This document shows positions 27,300 to 37,689 of a stretch of 64,000 nt of DNA, piece after piece; the stretch's first letter is position 1; the number at the start of each line of letters is the position of its first letter. The translations under genes were made by a program, and so were the position numbers. Source of the stretch: a virus; IMG/VR virus record IMGVR_UViG_3300001335_000085, positions 1,365-65,364 of that record; one strand, written 5' to 3'. Under the pieces are notes generated by a model. The model was given only the letters and a program-made list of their open reading frames with translations. It was not told where the DNA came from and did no database searches.

Positions 27300-28208
27300 A
27301 TGCCATTACACATTGATTTACGTCCCACTACATTTGATGAGGTGGTCGGAAATGACGCTATTCTCACATCTCTACAAAATGAATTACAGAAATCAACAAA
27401 AGCACATTGCTACATGTTTAGTGGTGCATCAGGCACAGGCAAATCTACTCTTATGGGTATTTGTGCAAAACAGCTAGGAGCTACTGAGCTAGACATCCAT
27501 GAATTTAATATAGGGGATGCTAGGGGAATAGATAGTGCTAGAGAAATCATAGATACTATGAACAGCTACCCATATGGTGATGCTACGGTCATCATGCTAG
27601 AAGAAGTGCACAATTCTACTAAAGCATTTCAAGAAGCGTTATTGCGTCCATTTGAAAATCCACCAGACCATGTGTATATTTTTATGGCTACAACTGCACC
27701 ATCTAAAATCATTACAACACTACGCAGACGGTTTATGGAATTTAAGCTACAACCTATTGTAGCAGATGCTATGTACCTACATTTGTTAAAACTGGCTAAA
27801 CAATTAGACGTGTCTGTACAAGCTACAGTGTTGGATAAGATTGTAGAGAAAGCAGAGGGCAGTCTTGGCAGGGCGTTAATTCATTTTGACAAAATACGTA
27901 ATGTTGACGCAAGTATGCAGTTAGCTGTCATTGATGAATCGGAGAATGCCACTAAGACTGTCATAGACCTTTGTCAGGCGCTTTTATATGGAAAGGGGTG
28001 GAAAAGTATCATACCGATTGTAGAATGCCTTGACGACAATCCTGAGAGTTATAGGCATGTGATTATAAACTATATGATGAAGGTACTACTTAATCCTAAA
28101 AGTAGTAAAAACCACTTGACAGCAGGGAACATTATTGATATATTTGATACATACAATGACAGCAAAGCAGTATTTGTAAAACGGTGCTATGAATGCACAA
28201 TGGAGTGA
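27300..28208 (+). CDS. clamp loader (DnaX gamma/tau-like AAA+)
   Basis: RP..FDEVVG, FSG.SGTGKS, EEVH, ATT...KI..TL.RR. Confidence 0.88.
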   Translation: MPLHIDLRPTTFDEVVGNDAILTSLQNELQKSTKAHCYMFSGASGTGKSTLMGICAKQLGATELDIHEFNIGDARGIDSAREIIDTMNSYPYGDATVIMLEEVHNSTKAFQEALLRPFENPPDHVYIFMATTAPSKIITTLRRRFMEFKLQPIVADAMYLHLLKLAKQLDVSVQATVLDKIVEKAEGSLGRALIHFDKIRNVDASMQLAVIDESENATKTVIDLCQALLYGKGWKSIIPIVECLDDNPESYRHVIINYMMKVLLNPKSSKNHLTAGNIIDIFDTYNDSKAVFVKRCYECTME

Positions 28209-28210
28209 CT

Positions 28211-29509
28211 ATGAAATTACCAGAGAAATATGCATTTATTGAAATGCACGATGAGCTAGAGCAAGTATTAGATGCTATTGTTAATACACGTGAAAACTTG
28301 TGTATACTAGGGGCGGCAGGGTGCGGTAAAAGTTTAACGATAAAATTGTTATCTGATAAAGCAGTATATAACCATGAGACTATTGTGGCATGCCCTACAG
28401 GAATCGCTGCAATCAACGCAAGTAGTGAAGGTGTACGTGCGCAGACACTTCATAGTCTATTCAAACTACCACCACTCGGTGTGATACCTGTGGATAAACT
28501 GAATGTACATGATTTCTATAAAGAAATGTTCAACGCATTAGATACGTTAATTATTGATGAGATTTCTATGGTCAATAGTGATATGCTCACTAAAGTAGAT
28601 TTTTTGTTAAAGCAGTATAGAAATGGGAGACCTGTCCGTTATATCGTATTTGGGGATTTAAGTCAGTTAGCTCCTGTTGTGTCTACTCCAGAAGAGAAGA
28701 CATATTTAAATGATGCATATGGTAGCAGGTTCTTTTTTGACACAGATATATACAAAACCATGAGATTGATACAGTTGACTAAAATATTCAGACAGAAAGA
28801 CCCTGTGTTCAAAGAAGTGTTGAATAAAATACGATTTAAGACACAATCTGAAGAAGATTTACAGTATCTTAATACTAGGGTTGTAGATGTTGAGGAATTT
28901 AGAAGTAAATCATTTGTATACATAGCCTTGACAAACGCAACAGTAAACATGATTAACAATCGTGAATTGTATCTTAATAGTAATCCTACAGTTAGTTACC
29001 ATGGAGAGGCTAAATATTATAAAGACAGCGATAAACTTGTACCACAAAAGTTAGATTTGAAAGTAGGAACACAAGTGATGATGGTAGCAAATAATCATCA
29101 GGCTGGATACTATAATGGGCAGTTGGGTATTATAAAGAGATTACACAAAGATAAGATTATTGTAGAGAGTGATAATGTAGAATACGAAGTAGAACCATAT
29201 ACATGGCAGAAATATGCATACCAGTATGATAGAAGTACAAAGCATATACAAGCTGATGTGATAGGTACATATAAACAATTTCCTATCAAAATGGGATATG
29301 CTATTACAAGTCATAAAGCGCAGGGATTGACATTAGAACGAGTATATTTAGATTTAGAGAAGCGTACATTTGCATCAGGGCAGTTATATACAGCATTAAG
29401 TAGAGTGACAACACTAGAAGGGCTGGGGCTTGCAAGGAAGATTACAGCAAAGGATAATATGCTAAGTCCACAGATTAGAAAGTTCTATAAAAAGTATAAA
29501 ATAGATTGA
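28211..29509 (+). CDS. Pif1/RecD-like SF1B helicase
   Basis: GAAGCGKS, PTGIAA, IIDEISM, FGD.SQL.PV, L...FRQ, AIT.HKAQG.TL, GQLY.ALSR. Confidence 0.92.
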   Translation: MKLPEKYAFIEMHDELEQVLDAIVNTRENLCILGAAGCGKSLTIKLLSDKAVYNHETIVACPTGIAAINASSEGVRAQTLHSLFKLPPLGVIPVDKLNVHDFYKEMFNALDTLIIDEISMVNSDMLTKVDFLLKQYRNGRPVRYIVFGDLSQLAPVVSTPEEKTYLNDAYGSRFFFDTDIYKTMRLIQLTKIFRQKDPVFKEVLNKIRFKTQSEEDLQYLNTRVVDVEEFRSKSFVYIALTNATVNMINNRELYLNSNPTVSYHGEAKYYKDSDKLVPQKLDLKVGTQVMMVANNHQAGYYNGQLGIIKRLHKDKIIVESDNVEYEVEPYTWQKYAYQYDRSTKHIQADVIGTYKQFPIKMGYAITSHKAQGLTLERVYLDLEKRTFASGQLYTALSRVTTLEGLGLARKITAKDNMLSPQIRKFYKKYKID

Positions 29510-29534
29510 CATAATGTACGATATAGAGTACTAT
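29506..29534 (+). promoter_or_regulatory. sigma70-type promoter
   Basis: TTGACA-17-TACTAT. Confidence 0.7.
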
Positions 29535-29679
29535 GTATATAGGAAATCAATTACCTTTAATTTTTGATTACCTTGTTGGCTCAGACCATACAGATGCTCC
29601 ATATAGGAGTAGGTGCTGACACTTGTAAGAGGGTGCTGAGGGTCAGACCTCAGGTCAACTATATGTCTAGGAGGAATAT

Positions 29680-30105
29680 ATGAAGTTTGACATTACAAAA
29701 GTAAAAACCTGTCTGAATGCAGAAGATGTGAAAGAGGGTGATAGAGGTTTTGTTGGTGATAGTTTGGCAGAAATCATGTTTCGAGTAGAAAACAATCATG
29801 GCATGAAACAGATCGAAAAGATAGGAACATACGGATATCTTTTTCGATTCTGCGTGGGTGATTCATTCGATTACGCCCTCTTCTATCCATATGAACCGCA
29901 GACTGAAACACGTGTCAAAGATCCTCTCACTGTCATGAAATGGATTATCGACCATGATTATGAAGTGGATGAAGATGGTGATTGGTGGGATGGTACTGAA
30001 AATTGTATGATTTTCTATGCTAACATGTGGCAATACTGTGGTAAAAGACTTGTCGAAAACCAGAAATGGCATGCTGACTTGCTTGAGGAGGTTGAGGTAT
30101 GCTAG
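29680..30105 (+). CDS. hypothetical protein
   Basis: AGGAGG RBS. Confidence 0.7.
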   Translation: MKFDITKVKTCLNAEDVKEGDRGFVGDSLAEIMFRVENNHGMKQIEKIGTYGYLFRFCVGDSFDYALFYPYEPQTETRVKDPLTVMKWIIDHDYEVDEDGDWWDGTENCMIFYANMWQYCGKRLVENQKWHADLLEEVEVC

Positions 30106-30290
30106 TCTGCCCTATATGTGGTATGCCGGTCGACCGTATGACTGGCACGGAGGAGGTCTACACTGGTGAGGATAGTAACAACCGTGCCATCTCTCACATC
30201 GTAGACGTGGAGTGGTACGAATGTACCGAACACGGCAAGGTAGAACCGGTGGATGAATACGACTACTGGTACGAGGAGGTGAATGAATGA
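30099..30290 (+). CDS. small zinc-ribbon-like protein
   Basis: CPIC..C..HG. Confidence 0.6.
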   Translation: MLVCPICGMPVDRMTGTEEVYTGEDSNNRAISHIVDVEWYECTEHGKVEPVDEYDYWYEEVNE

Positions 30291-30415
30291 CAGCGATTTT
30301 CATAGCAAGCATCACGATCTTGTTGATCGCAGGTATTCTTTGGCACATTACGCCAGATGAAGAACGTAAACGGATGGGTCTTGTACCTAGAGACCAGTAC
30401 AAGGAGAGGGAGTGA
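30287..30415 (+). CDS. 42-aa single-TM micropeptide, paralog of 700-819
   Basis: GGAGGTG RBS; [42 protein letters not shown]. Confidence 0.75.
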   Translation: MTAIFIASITILLIAGILWHITPDEERKRMGLVPRDQYKERE

Positions 30416-30517
30416 TGATGGGTGGTTATATGCAAGTATGGCTTGTTCGTTTTTAGTTATAGCTATAGTGTTTTTCATTAAAAATAGAAAATAAAATGAT
30501 TAAAGGAGAAAATAGAA

Positions 30518-30817
30518 ATGGAACAATTTATTGGAAAAAGATGTGTGGTTCGTGGAAACAGAAGTGGTGTCTTCTATGGAACAATAAGAAGTATTAATGG
30601 ACAATCTGTAGAGATGACACAGGCTAGAAAGCTGTGGTTTTGGGCAGGCGCAAATGCAGTTGAACAGATTGCAGTTGACGGTGTTATTCGTCCTAATGAG
30701 TGTAAATTTACTGTAACAGTACAGAATCTGCTTATTTCTGATATGGCACAGTTACTTCAATGCACCGAAAAAGCTATTGAATCAATCGACTCAGTAAAGG
30801 AGTGGACTTATGAATAA
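30518..30817 (+). CDS. DUF6948-like protein
   Basis: IG..C.VR...SGVF.G, ARKLW.W.GA....A..G pattern. Confidence 0.7.
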   Translation: MEQFIGKRCVVRGNRSGVFYGTIRSINGQSVEMTQARKLWFWAGANAVEQIAVDGVIRPNECKFTVTVQNLLISDMAQLLQCTEKAIESIDSVKEWTYE

Positions 30818-31604
30818 TAGCTCAGGCGATGGCTCAGGCTATGGCTCAGGCAATAGCTCAGGCGATGGCTATGGCGATAGCTCAGGCTATCGCTATGGCT
30901 CAGGCGATGGCTCAGGCTATGACTCAGGCTATGGCTCAGGCGATGGCTCAGGCTATGGCTCAGGCTATGGCTCAGGCGATGACTCAGACTATGGCTCAGG
31001 CTATGGCTCAGGCAATAGCTCAGGCAATAGCTCAGGCTATGACTCAGGCTATGGCTATGGCGATAGCTCAGGCAATAGCTCAGGCTATGACTCAGACTAT
31101 GGCTATGGCTCAGGTAGTAACTTATTGACTTATAATGACAAGTTAGTTGAATATATTGATAACACCCCTACTGTCATACTCTCTAAACATGGTGATACAT
31201 CATGTGGGTTTATTATCAACAATGATTTAACGACTACTCCTTGTTTTGTTGCAAAAAGTCAAGGATATACTGCTCATGGTGAAACACTCAAAGAGGCTGT
31301 TAGTTGTCTACAAGATAAGATTATTAATAATATGCCTATTGATAAAAAGATCCAACAGTTCAATGAATCGTTTCACCGTGGTGTTAGTTATAGAGCATCT
31401 GAATTTTATCGTTGGCACAATGTTTTGACAGGTAGTTGTGAGATGGGCAGAAAGCAGTTTATGCGTAATCATGACATAGAAGATGATGATAAATTTACAG
31501 TTGAGGAGTTCATTGCTTTGACGAAAGAAAATTATGGTGGAAGTATAATTAAGCAGATCGAGATGCCAGTCGACCGTATGACTGGCACGGAGGTGAATGA
31601 ATGA
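30810..31604 (+). CDS. Gly/Ser/Tyr/Asp-repeat protein with conserved phage C-terminal domain
   Basis: (GYGS/GDGS)n then AHG.T..EA, WH..LTGSC..GR..F. Confidence 0.75.
   Translation: MNNSSGDGSGYGSGNSSGDGYGDSSGYRYGSGDGSGYDSGYGSGDGSGYGSGYGSGDDSDYGSGYGSGNSSGNSSGYDSGYGYGDSSGNSSGYDSDYGYGSGSNLLTYNDKLVEYIDNTPTVILSKHGDTSCGFIINNDLTTTPCFVAKSQGYTAHGETLKEAVSCLQDKIINNMPIDKKIQQFNESFHRGVSYRASEFYRWHNVLTGSCEMGRKQFMRNHDIEDDDKFTVEEFIALTKENYGGSIIKQIEMPVDRMTGTEVNE
30820..31115 (+). repeat. 12-nt degenerate tandem repeat (GGCTATGGCTCA family)
   Basis: Directly visible; encodes the GYGS repeats. Confidence 0.9.
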
Positions 31605-32128
31605 CAGCGATTTTCATAGCAAGCATCACGTGATTATATGACTAGAGAAGCTCCAATCAAAGCGTGGAACACCCAACCGATAGAAGACAAGTATAGAGTA
31701 GAGGACAAATCATGAGAAAACGAACACCACAAGAAATAGTAGATTTTTTTGACTTACCAGTAATGGTGTTACAACCATTTGACGTAAAGTACTTAGAAGA
31801 CATATTCGGGTATTGCAGTTTGCCTGAAAAACTTGTTGATTTTGATGGATATGAAGCTGGAGAATTCTTTTATCCTATGAAGGAGTGCCCTTATTGTCAT
31901 GGAATGCCTAGCAAGGATGGATGTGAAGTCTGTCATGGCATAGGAAAAGTGGGGCGTGCATATGATTGAAGAAACGAACAATCCTGAATGGTTAGAGGAA
32001 CCCAAATGACAAAGCATGAAATCTGTAGAGAGATTATTAGGCAAAATAATAAGTGCGATGGTATTAACTGTCAGGGGTCAGCCGGAATAAACAAAGGCAC
32101 ACCTTTTTTAGTAGATTAAGGAAGAAAT

Positions 32129-32710
32129 ATGACAAATAAAGAAAGATTTGAGCAGTATAAAACATTTTTCAATAACAACAAATTACATGTGAAAGATGTT
32201 ACATGGCTTACTGGCTATTTTGTATTTGAACTTGGAGAAGACTCAGTAGTTCATTTTCATATCAAGGAACTAAAAGGATGGAAGTTTAGTGTTTGGTTTA
32301 ATGAAGGCTTCTCTGAACTGTTTTGGCAGTATGATAAAGATATTGACAAGTTTAAGCCCTCTGCATCATATTTTGCGTATAAGATAGAAGATGATAAGCT
32401 AGATGGATTAGCTCATCTACAGGTTACAAGAGACTACGAATTCTATGAATCCATTACTAAGGATTTAACTATCTGCTTTTACACAGATTTGGCTAGGATG
32501 CTTGGAGAGAGTCTTAAAGTGATGTCAAAACAAGATATCACTAAGAGTTTGAGGAAACAAGTATATCAGGAGCTGTGGGATAATTTCACAGGCGATGTGT
32601 ATGTTGAACACAAAAATAGTGGCTTATATATGAGGGCTAAAGGGAAACCATTTCCATTCAAGGGCTTATGGCTGTTTTTGAGATATGGCAAACGAATAAA
32701 CTTTAGATAA
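32129..32710 (+). CDS. hypothetical protein
   Basis: 193-aa ORF with RBS. Confidence 0.7.
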   Translation: MTNKERFEQYKTFFNNNKLHVKDVTWLTGYFVFELGEDSVVHFHIKELKGWKFSVWFNEGFSELFWQYDKDIDKFKPSASYFAYKIEDDKLDGLAHLQVTRDYEFYESITKDLTICFYTDLARMLGESLKVMSKQDITKSLRKQVYQELWDNFTGDVYVEHKNSGLYMRAKGKPFPFKGLWLFLRYGKRINFR

Positions 32711-32719
32711 GGAGATAAT

Positions 32720-33106
32720 ATGGAAAAGGTTTGGATAGTAGAAGAATATGACTATGATAAATCTTGGATTATAGGCGCTTTCGCATCTTCACAAGAGGCA
32801 AAAGAATTTGCACATTTTCGGAGAAAGTTATCTAATGACTTCGTTAGCGACCCATTTGCTATAAAAGTTCAGAAGTTTTCTCTTCTAGAATATGTGTGGG
32901 GACGGTATGTAGTATACTATGACGATGACGGACATGTGGAAAATAAATGTGTAATATTAGCGGAAAATGAAATACCAAAGACACCAATAATCCCAAATAA
33001 GTATAAAGCATGCTTCAAGATTGCGTATAGACCTGATGATAAACAAGGCATGGAAGATGAAGTGATGCAGAAAGGAAGAGACATCATTAAAAACAAAAGG
33101 AGATAA
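32720..33106 (+). CDS. hypothetical protein
   Basis: AAGGAG RBS. Confidence 0.7.
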   Translation: MEKVWIVEEYDYDKSWIIGAFASSQEAKEFAHFRRKLSNDFVSDPFAIKVQKFSLLEYVWGRYVVYYDDDGHVENKCVILAENEIPKTPIIPNKYKACFKIAYRPDDKQGMEDEVMQKGRDIIKNKRR

Positions 33107-33107
33107 T

Positions 33108-33329
33108 ATGAAATATCAAGCAAAGGGAATCCCGGCAGATTTCGAAGATAAAGATAATGTATTATATACACTGAACCTAGATGAATATGATGGACTATAT
33201 GTGTATGGTAATTTGCTTCATTATGATGGTAAGCCATATATCACTGGTGATTTGGTAGAAGTCGATGCTGAGTATACAAGTCTAGCGTATTGGATTCCTG
33301 TTTTAGCAGAATCTGTAATTATGACTTGA
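33108..33329 (+). CDS. YopX-like small protein
   Basis: VYGNL....YI.G...V..E.. pattern; weak. Confidence 0.5.
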   Translation: MKYQAKGIPADFEDKDNVLYTLNLDEYDGLYVYGNLLHYDGKPYITGDLVEVDAEYTSLAYWIPVLAESVIMT

Positions 33330-33354
33330 CATATAGTGATATATAGTGTAGTAT
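33326..33354 (+). promoter_or_regulatory. sigma70-type promoter
   Basis: TTGACA-17-TAGTAT. Confidence 0.7.
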
Positions 33355-33610
33355 ATATACAAGGAGAAAGAAATGGAAGAAATAAAAGAAATTATGTGTA
33401 CTATCATAGACATGAATTCCTTAACAAATCCTCTTTTATATTCAGTAGACCTGACATTCTACACTGACATCACTCCTATCTTATCAGTTTGGATTAAAGA
33501 GAAAAGTACTAATAAGATGCATTTGATTCAGAACTGGAGAGACACTGATGTACTAGAAGCTACACGTGAACTGGCTATAAAATTATCTACATAATATTTT
33601 ATAGAATTAC

Positions 33611-33639
33611 TTGACATAACTAGAAAGAAGTAGTATAGT
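33611..33639 (+). promoter_or_regulatory. sigma70-type promoter for the recombination operon
   Basis: TTGACA-17-TATAGT. Confidence 0.75.
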
Positions 33640-33757
33640 GAATACACATAAGAATAAGAGATTTACATTAACAGACACCTTCAAGTATGAAGGAAAAGAG
33701 GTGGGTATTTATGTGTTAGTAGGAATACAGTAATGCGTATACGAAAACAACGAAGAA

Positions 33758-34243
33758 ATGGAGGAATGGATGAGTTACCATGAAGATTTAGAGATTGATG
33801 AATATCATCTATTAGAGGAATGGAAGACACAAGCAGATTTATTCATGAGTTATTGTGAAGAGACTGCTGGTGCACAGGAAGCAGTTGATGCTATGAAAGA
33901 TAGTATTGATGCTAGAGAAGCTAAAGTAGAGTTAGAAATTAGACAGGGCATATACAGTCTTATGCCAGAAGGTATCAAAGTTGTTGATAAGACTATAGTA
34001 GCACTGGTGAACAGTGACCCAGAGGTACAGAAGCTGAAGGCAGAGTATATCACTTTGAAGAAAGAAGCATATATACTCAAAAAGGTTGAACAAGCCTTTG
34101 AACAGCGTAAAAAGGCATTAGAGAATATGGTGGTATTAAGTGGACGTGAACAGTATTCAGAACCTGTTGACAGGACACAAACAATAGAAACACAGTCATA
34201 TGAAGCACAGAAACGAAAAATTGATGAAAAATTAAAGAGGTAA
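33758..34243 (+). CDS. UvsY-like recombination mediator
   Basis: DL.IDE..L..EW..Q..L...Y, AFEQRK.ALE; upstream of SSB and RecA. Confidence 0.6.
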   Translation: MEEWMSYHEDLEIDEYHLLEEWKTQADLFMSYCEETAGAQEAVDAMKDSIDAREAKVELEIRQGIYSLMPEGIKVVDKTIVALVNSDPEVQKLKAEYITLKKEAYILKKVEQAFEQRKKALENMVVLSGREQYSEPVDRTQTIETQSYEAQKRKIDEKLKR

Positions 34244-34246
34244 AAC

Positions 34247-35296
34247 ATGGCAAAGACAAGTAAGTTTAAGAATTTGAAGAATGATTTGAGAAAAGATGCT
34301 AAGAAGGCATTCGACACAAGAGAACAGGGGGGTTTTCGTTCTGAACGTTACATTGATGAAATCGTGTTTGATGATTTTAGTTTTTTTGTACCTGTAGAGG
34401 GTAAAAATGCTATTGATGTTATTCCTTTCATCCATGCTACTGATTTGTTCAAGGCACAGGGAAAGAGTAAAGGTGATATTTCACTGATGCTTGATGTGTT
34501 TGTACATAAGAGCTTTAACCAGCGCTACAGTCGCTGTATCTGCCCTCGTAGGACATTTGGTAAACCATGTGCTTTGTGTGATGAACGTGATAGACTCCGG
34601 GCACTTGGAGAAGATGAGTATAAAGATGAAATCGCATCCCTTAAACCGAAACATCGTACTATCATGAATGTCGTCAGTCTGAAAGAGAATGAAGATGATG
34701 AATATAATGGTCAGATTCAGGTGTTCGATGAGACCCAGTGGTTCTTTGCTAAAGAACTGGTGGAAGAGGCTGAGTCAGATGTAGATTCCCATGGAGATGC
34801 TGTTGATTGGTATACACCAGAAGAAGGGAAATCTGTAGTGTTCCGAGCGAATAAGAATAAGAAGTTCAACTACTTCACCTACAAGTCTTTTACGTTTGAT
34901 GAAAGGGATGAAGCATATCCTGAAGACATTGTGGAATTGTCTTTCAAGGACAAAGAGTATGACCACGGTGCATTCCCTCTTGATGCTCTGCTGAAGATTC
35001 ATACATGTGAGGAACAGCTTGCTATGTATAATGAGAACGTTGAGGATACGACTAGTGACGATGATGACGAAGAGGAGTACGAAGAGACCTCTAAGTCAAA
35101 GAAACGTGCTACAAAGCGTCATGAAGAAGAGGACAATGAAGACGAAGTAGAAGAAGAGGATGATGCTACTTTTACTTGTCCCTATGGAAAGCGTTATGGT
35201 GTTGATGGTGATATGAAGGATGCTACATGTAAAAAGTGTAAAAACACTAATGTGGAAACTTTCATGAACTGTATTGTAGAGAGTAGCGACCAATAA
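34247..35296 (+). CDS. gp32-like single-stranded DNA-binding protein
   Basis: VH..F......CP..TFGKPC.LC, acidic tail, position between UvsY-like and RecA-like genes. Confidence 0.75.
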   Translation: MAKTSKFKNLKNDLRKDAKKAFDTREQGGFRSERYIDEIVFDDFSFFVPVEGKNAIDVIPFIHATDLFKAQGKSKGDISLMLDVFVHKSFNQRYSRCICPRRTFGKPCALCDERDRLRALGEDEYKDEIASLKPKHRTIMNVVSLKENEDDEYNGQIQVFDETQWFFAKELVEEAESDVDSHGDAVDWYTPEEGKSVVFRANKNKKFNYFTYKSFTFDERDEAYPEDIVELSFKDKEYDHGAFPLDALLKIHTCEEQLAMYNENVEDTTSDDDDEEEYEETSKSKKRATKRHEEEDNEDEVEEEDDATFTCPYGKRYGVDGDMKDATCKKCKNTNVETFMNCIVESSDQ

Positions 35297-35336
35297 GATA
35301 TAAGGGGGCGTATGCCCCCTATACGCAAGGAACAGT

Positions 35337-36425
35337 ATGAGCAAAACAACAGAAGAATTTGAAAAAGGGCGTTCTAAAAAACAAACAAAATATATTACTA
35401 CAGGTAGTACTATCAGAGATTTGGTTATTGGTGGGAATACTGGATGTATGGGCTACAAAGTTGGTAGTATTGTAAACTTGGTAGGGGATAGTTCCGTAGG
35501 GAAATCTGCCTTAGCAGTTCAAACAGTTGTAGCAAATATGTTTGCACTAGGTGATAAGTTTGTATATTCTTATGATGATGCGGAAAATGGCATGTCGTTT
35601 GATATTGAGGCGATGTTTGGTACAGATGTACCTCTTATTACAGAGGATTCCCCACACTCAAAAACAGTAGAAGACCTATATGTAAATATACGGAAATTTG
35701 AAAAGAATATCAAAAAAGGACAGATAGGACTCTACATATTGGACAGCTTAGATGGGTTAACATCTAAGAAACAAAAAGAACGAGGTGATGAACGATTTAA
35801 GAAAGGAGAAGCTGGTAAGGAGTTTACTGAAGACACGTATGGCCTGGATAAGCAGAAATTCTTGAGTCAAGAGTTCTTTCCTGATATTGCCACTAGAATT
35901 GACGACAGTAATATAATACTTCTTATTATCAGCCAAGTACGTGACAATATCAAGGCAGGGCTTTATGGTAAGAAGCACATACGTGCTGGTGGAAGGGCTT
36001 TACAATTCTATTCCCACACGGTAGAATGGCTTGCTGAAGTCCAAAAGAGTGAGATGGTGGGTGAAAAAACAGGATTGAAAGCAGGTGGAGTAGTATTATG
36101 TGAAACAACAAAATCAAAAACTCCTAGACCGTATCGTTCAGGTATGATTGTATACGATTATAGTATTGGTGTAGATGATATTGCTAGTTGTGTGGATTAT
36201 CTCTATGATTTACGTAAAAACAAAGATGGTTCTGTGAGTAAAACATATACGCTCATCCCTACAAAAAGAAACAAGTTGGATTGGGATGGAGAGTTATATC
36301 AAAGAGATGTACTATGTGATTATATCTATGATAATGAGCTAGAACATACACTACAAACACGTGTGATTGATAAGTGGGAAAAAGAGCAAGCAACTACAAT
36401 AAACAGAAGAAAGCCGAGGTTTTAA
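35337..36425 (+). CDS. recA: RecA/UvsX-like recombinase
   Basis: TTGS...D...G, GDSSVGKS, DAE, LDSLD.L, ISQVR, GG.ALQFY. Confidence 0.9.
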   Translation: MSKTTEEFEKGRSKKQTKYITTGSTIRDLVIGGNTGCMGYKVGSIVNLVGDSSVGKSALAVQTVVANMFALGDKFVYSYDDAENGMSFDIEAMFGTDVPLITEDSPHSKTVEDLYVNIRKFEKNIKKGQIGLYILDSLDGLTSKKQKERGDERFKKGEAGKEFTEDTYGLDKQKFLSQEFFPDIATRIDDSNIILLIISQVRDNIKAGLYGKKHIRAGGRALQFYSHTVEWLAEVQKSEMVGEKTGLKAGGVVLCETTKSKTPRPYRSGMIVYDYSIGVDDIASCVDYLYDLRKNKDGSVSKTYTLIPTKRNKLDWDGELYQRDVLCDYIYDNELEHTLQTRVIDKWEKEQATTINRRKPRF

Positions 36426-36735
36426 TGCGAAGTCCAATCAATATTTACACATTACCAAATAGTATTTACGGAGTACAGGCAGGTGAGAACACTCTCCTGC
36501 TTACTGAAGATGAGATGTATGCGCTTCAGAGAGATGTCAGTGATTTTGTGTATAAACTGACTCATTTTGAGCTTGAATTGGGGGGTGATTCTATTTACAA
36601 TATAGCGGAGGTATGGGATGATTAGTAAACAAGGTGATATGTATGTTATTAATTTTAACGGCATGACGGTGGTTATGTCTAGAGACAAGCTACTCAATTT
36701 CTTCGATGAACTACAAGAAATCATTGAGCAGACAG

Positions 36736-37113
36736 ATGACAACAGCAGGTAAAAAGGCAAAAGGAAGAAACTTTCAATATTGGGTAGCAAAGCAAGTAGC
36801 TAATCTATTCAATATTGAATTTGTACAATCAGATGATTTATGTGCTATTCATAGTAGGGAAATGGGGCAAAGTGGTAGTGATGTCTTTATACGAGATAAA
36901 ACATTATATGACTTATTTCCCTATGATATTGAATGTAAGAATACTGAAACTATTTCAGTGTATAAGTACATAGAGCAAGCAAATGCGAATACAAAGGCAG
37001 GTAGGCATTGGTTAGTATTTCATAAAAAGAATAGGTCACACCCTATTGTGATTATGGATGCTGAATATTTTTTTGAATTACAGAAAGAACTACTGGAATT
37101 ACGAGGTAAATAG
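36736..37113 (+). CDS. Holliday junction resolvase (PD-(D/E)xK)
   Basis: KAKGR.FQ.WV, MGQSG.DV, IECKN.E, LV..KKNR. Confidence 0.8.
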   Translation: MTTAGKKAKGRNFQYWVAKQVANLFNIEFVQSDDLCAIHSREMGQSGSDVFIRDKTLYDLFPYDIECKNTETISVYKYIEQANANTKAGRHWLVFHKKNRSHPIVIMDAEYFFELQKELLELRGK

Positions 37114-37497
37114 ATGATTATAGCAATAGATTTTGATGGGACAATTGTCACGCATGAATATCCACGCATAGGTAAACCTGTACCATATGCGATTGATTGT
37201 TTACAGTTGTTACAAGATGCAGGGAATTCATTGATACTGTATACTATGCGTAGTGGTAAAGAATTACAGCAAGCAGTAGATTATTGTGAAAGTTGTGATA
37301 TTACGTTCTGGGGAGTGAATGATAATCCAGACCAGAAGAAATGGACGGATAGTAGAAAAGTATATGCACATATGTATATTGATGATAGTGCGTATGGCGT
37401 ACCTCTCATCTATCCAGATGAGGATAGTAGTGCATACGTAGATTGGAGCTACATGTATAGAGAATTAACAGATAAGGAGTTATTTGATGAGAATTAA
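37114..37497 (+). CDS. HAD-superfamily hydrolase (BT0820-like)
   Basis: IA.DFDGT, L.T.R, K.YA..YIDD. Confidence 0.85.
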   Translation: MIIAIDFDGTIVTHEYPRIGKPVPYAIDCLQLLQDAGNSLILYTMRSGKELQQAVDYCESCDITFWGVNDNPDQKKWTDSRKVYAHMYIDDSAYGVPLIYPDEDSSAYVDWSYMYRELTDKELFDEN

Positions 37498-37689
37498 GAT
37501 TATAAATATCAGCCATCCTAATGTATGGTATCGGGAAAAGCTTGGGCAGGAATATAAAGTGAATGATTTGGGAAATGGATTGTTAGAAAGAAAGAATAAT
37601 CATTTCTATAAATTGTTTGCCAGTGATTGTGAAGAAGTTGTCGATGAGAAAATCACAGAAGTATGTAATACAGATGAAGAGGTGAATTA

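Noticed and set aside
30820-31115. CRISPR array
   Set aside because: Contiguous degenerate coding repeats with no unique spacers and no cas genes
30829-31128. AQAM-repeat ORF
   Set aside because: Alternate-frame shadow of the 12-nt repeat inside the Gly-Ser protein
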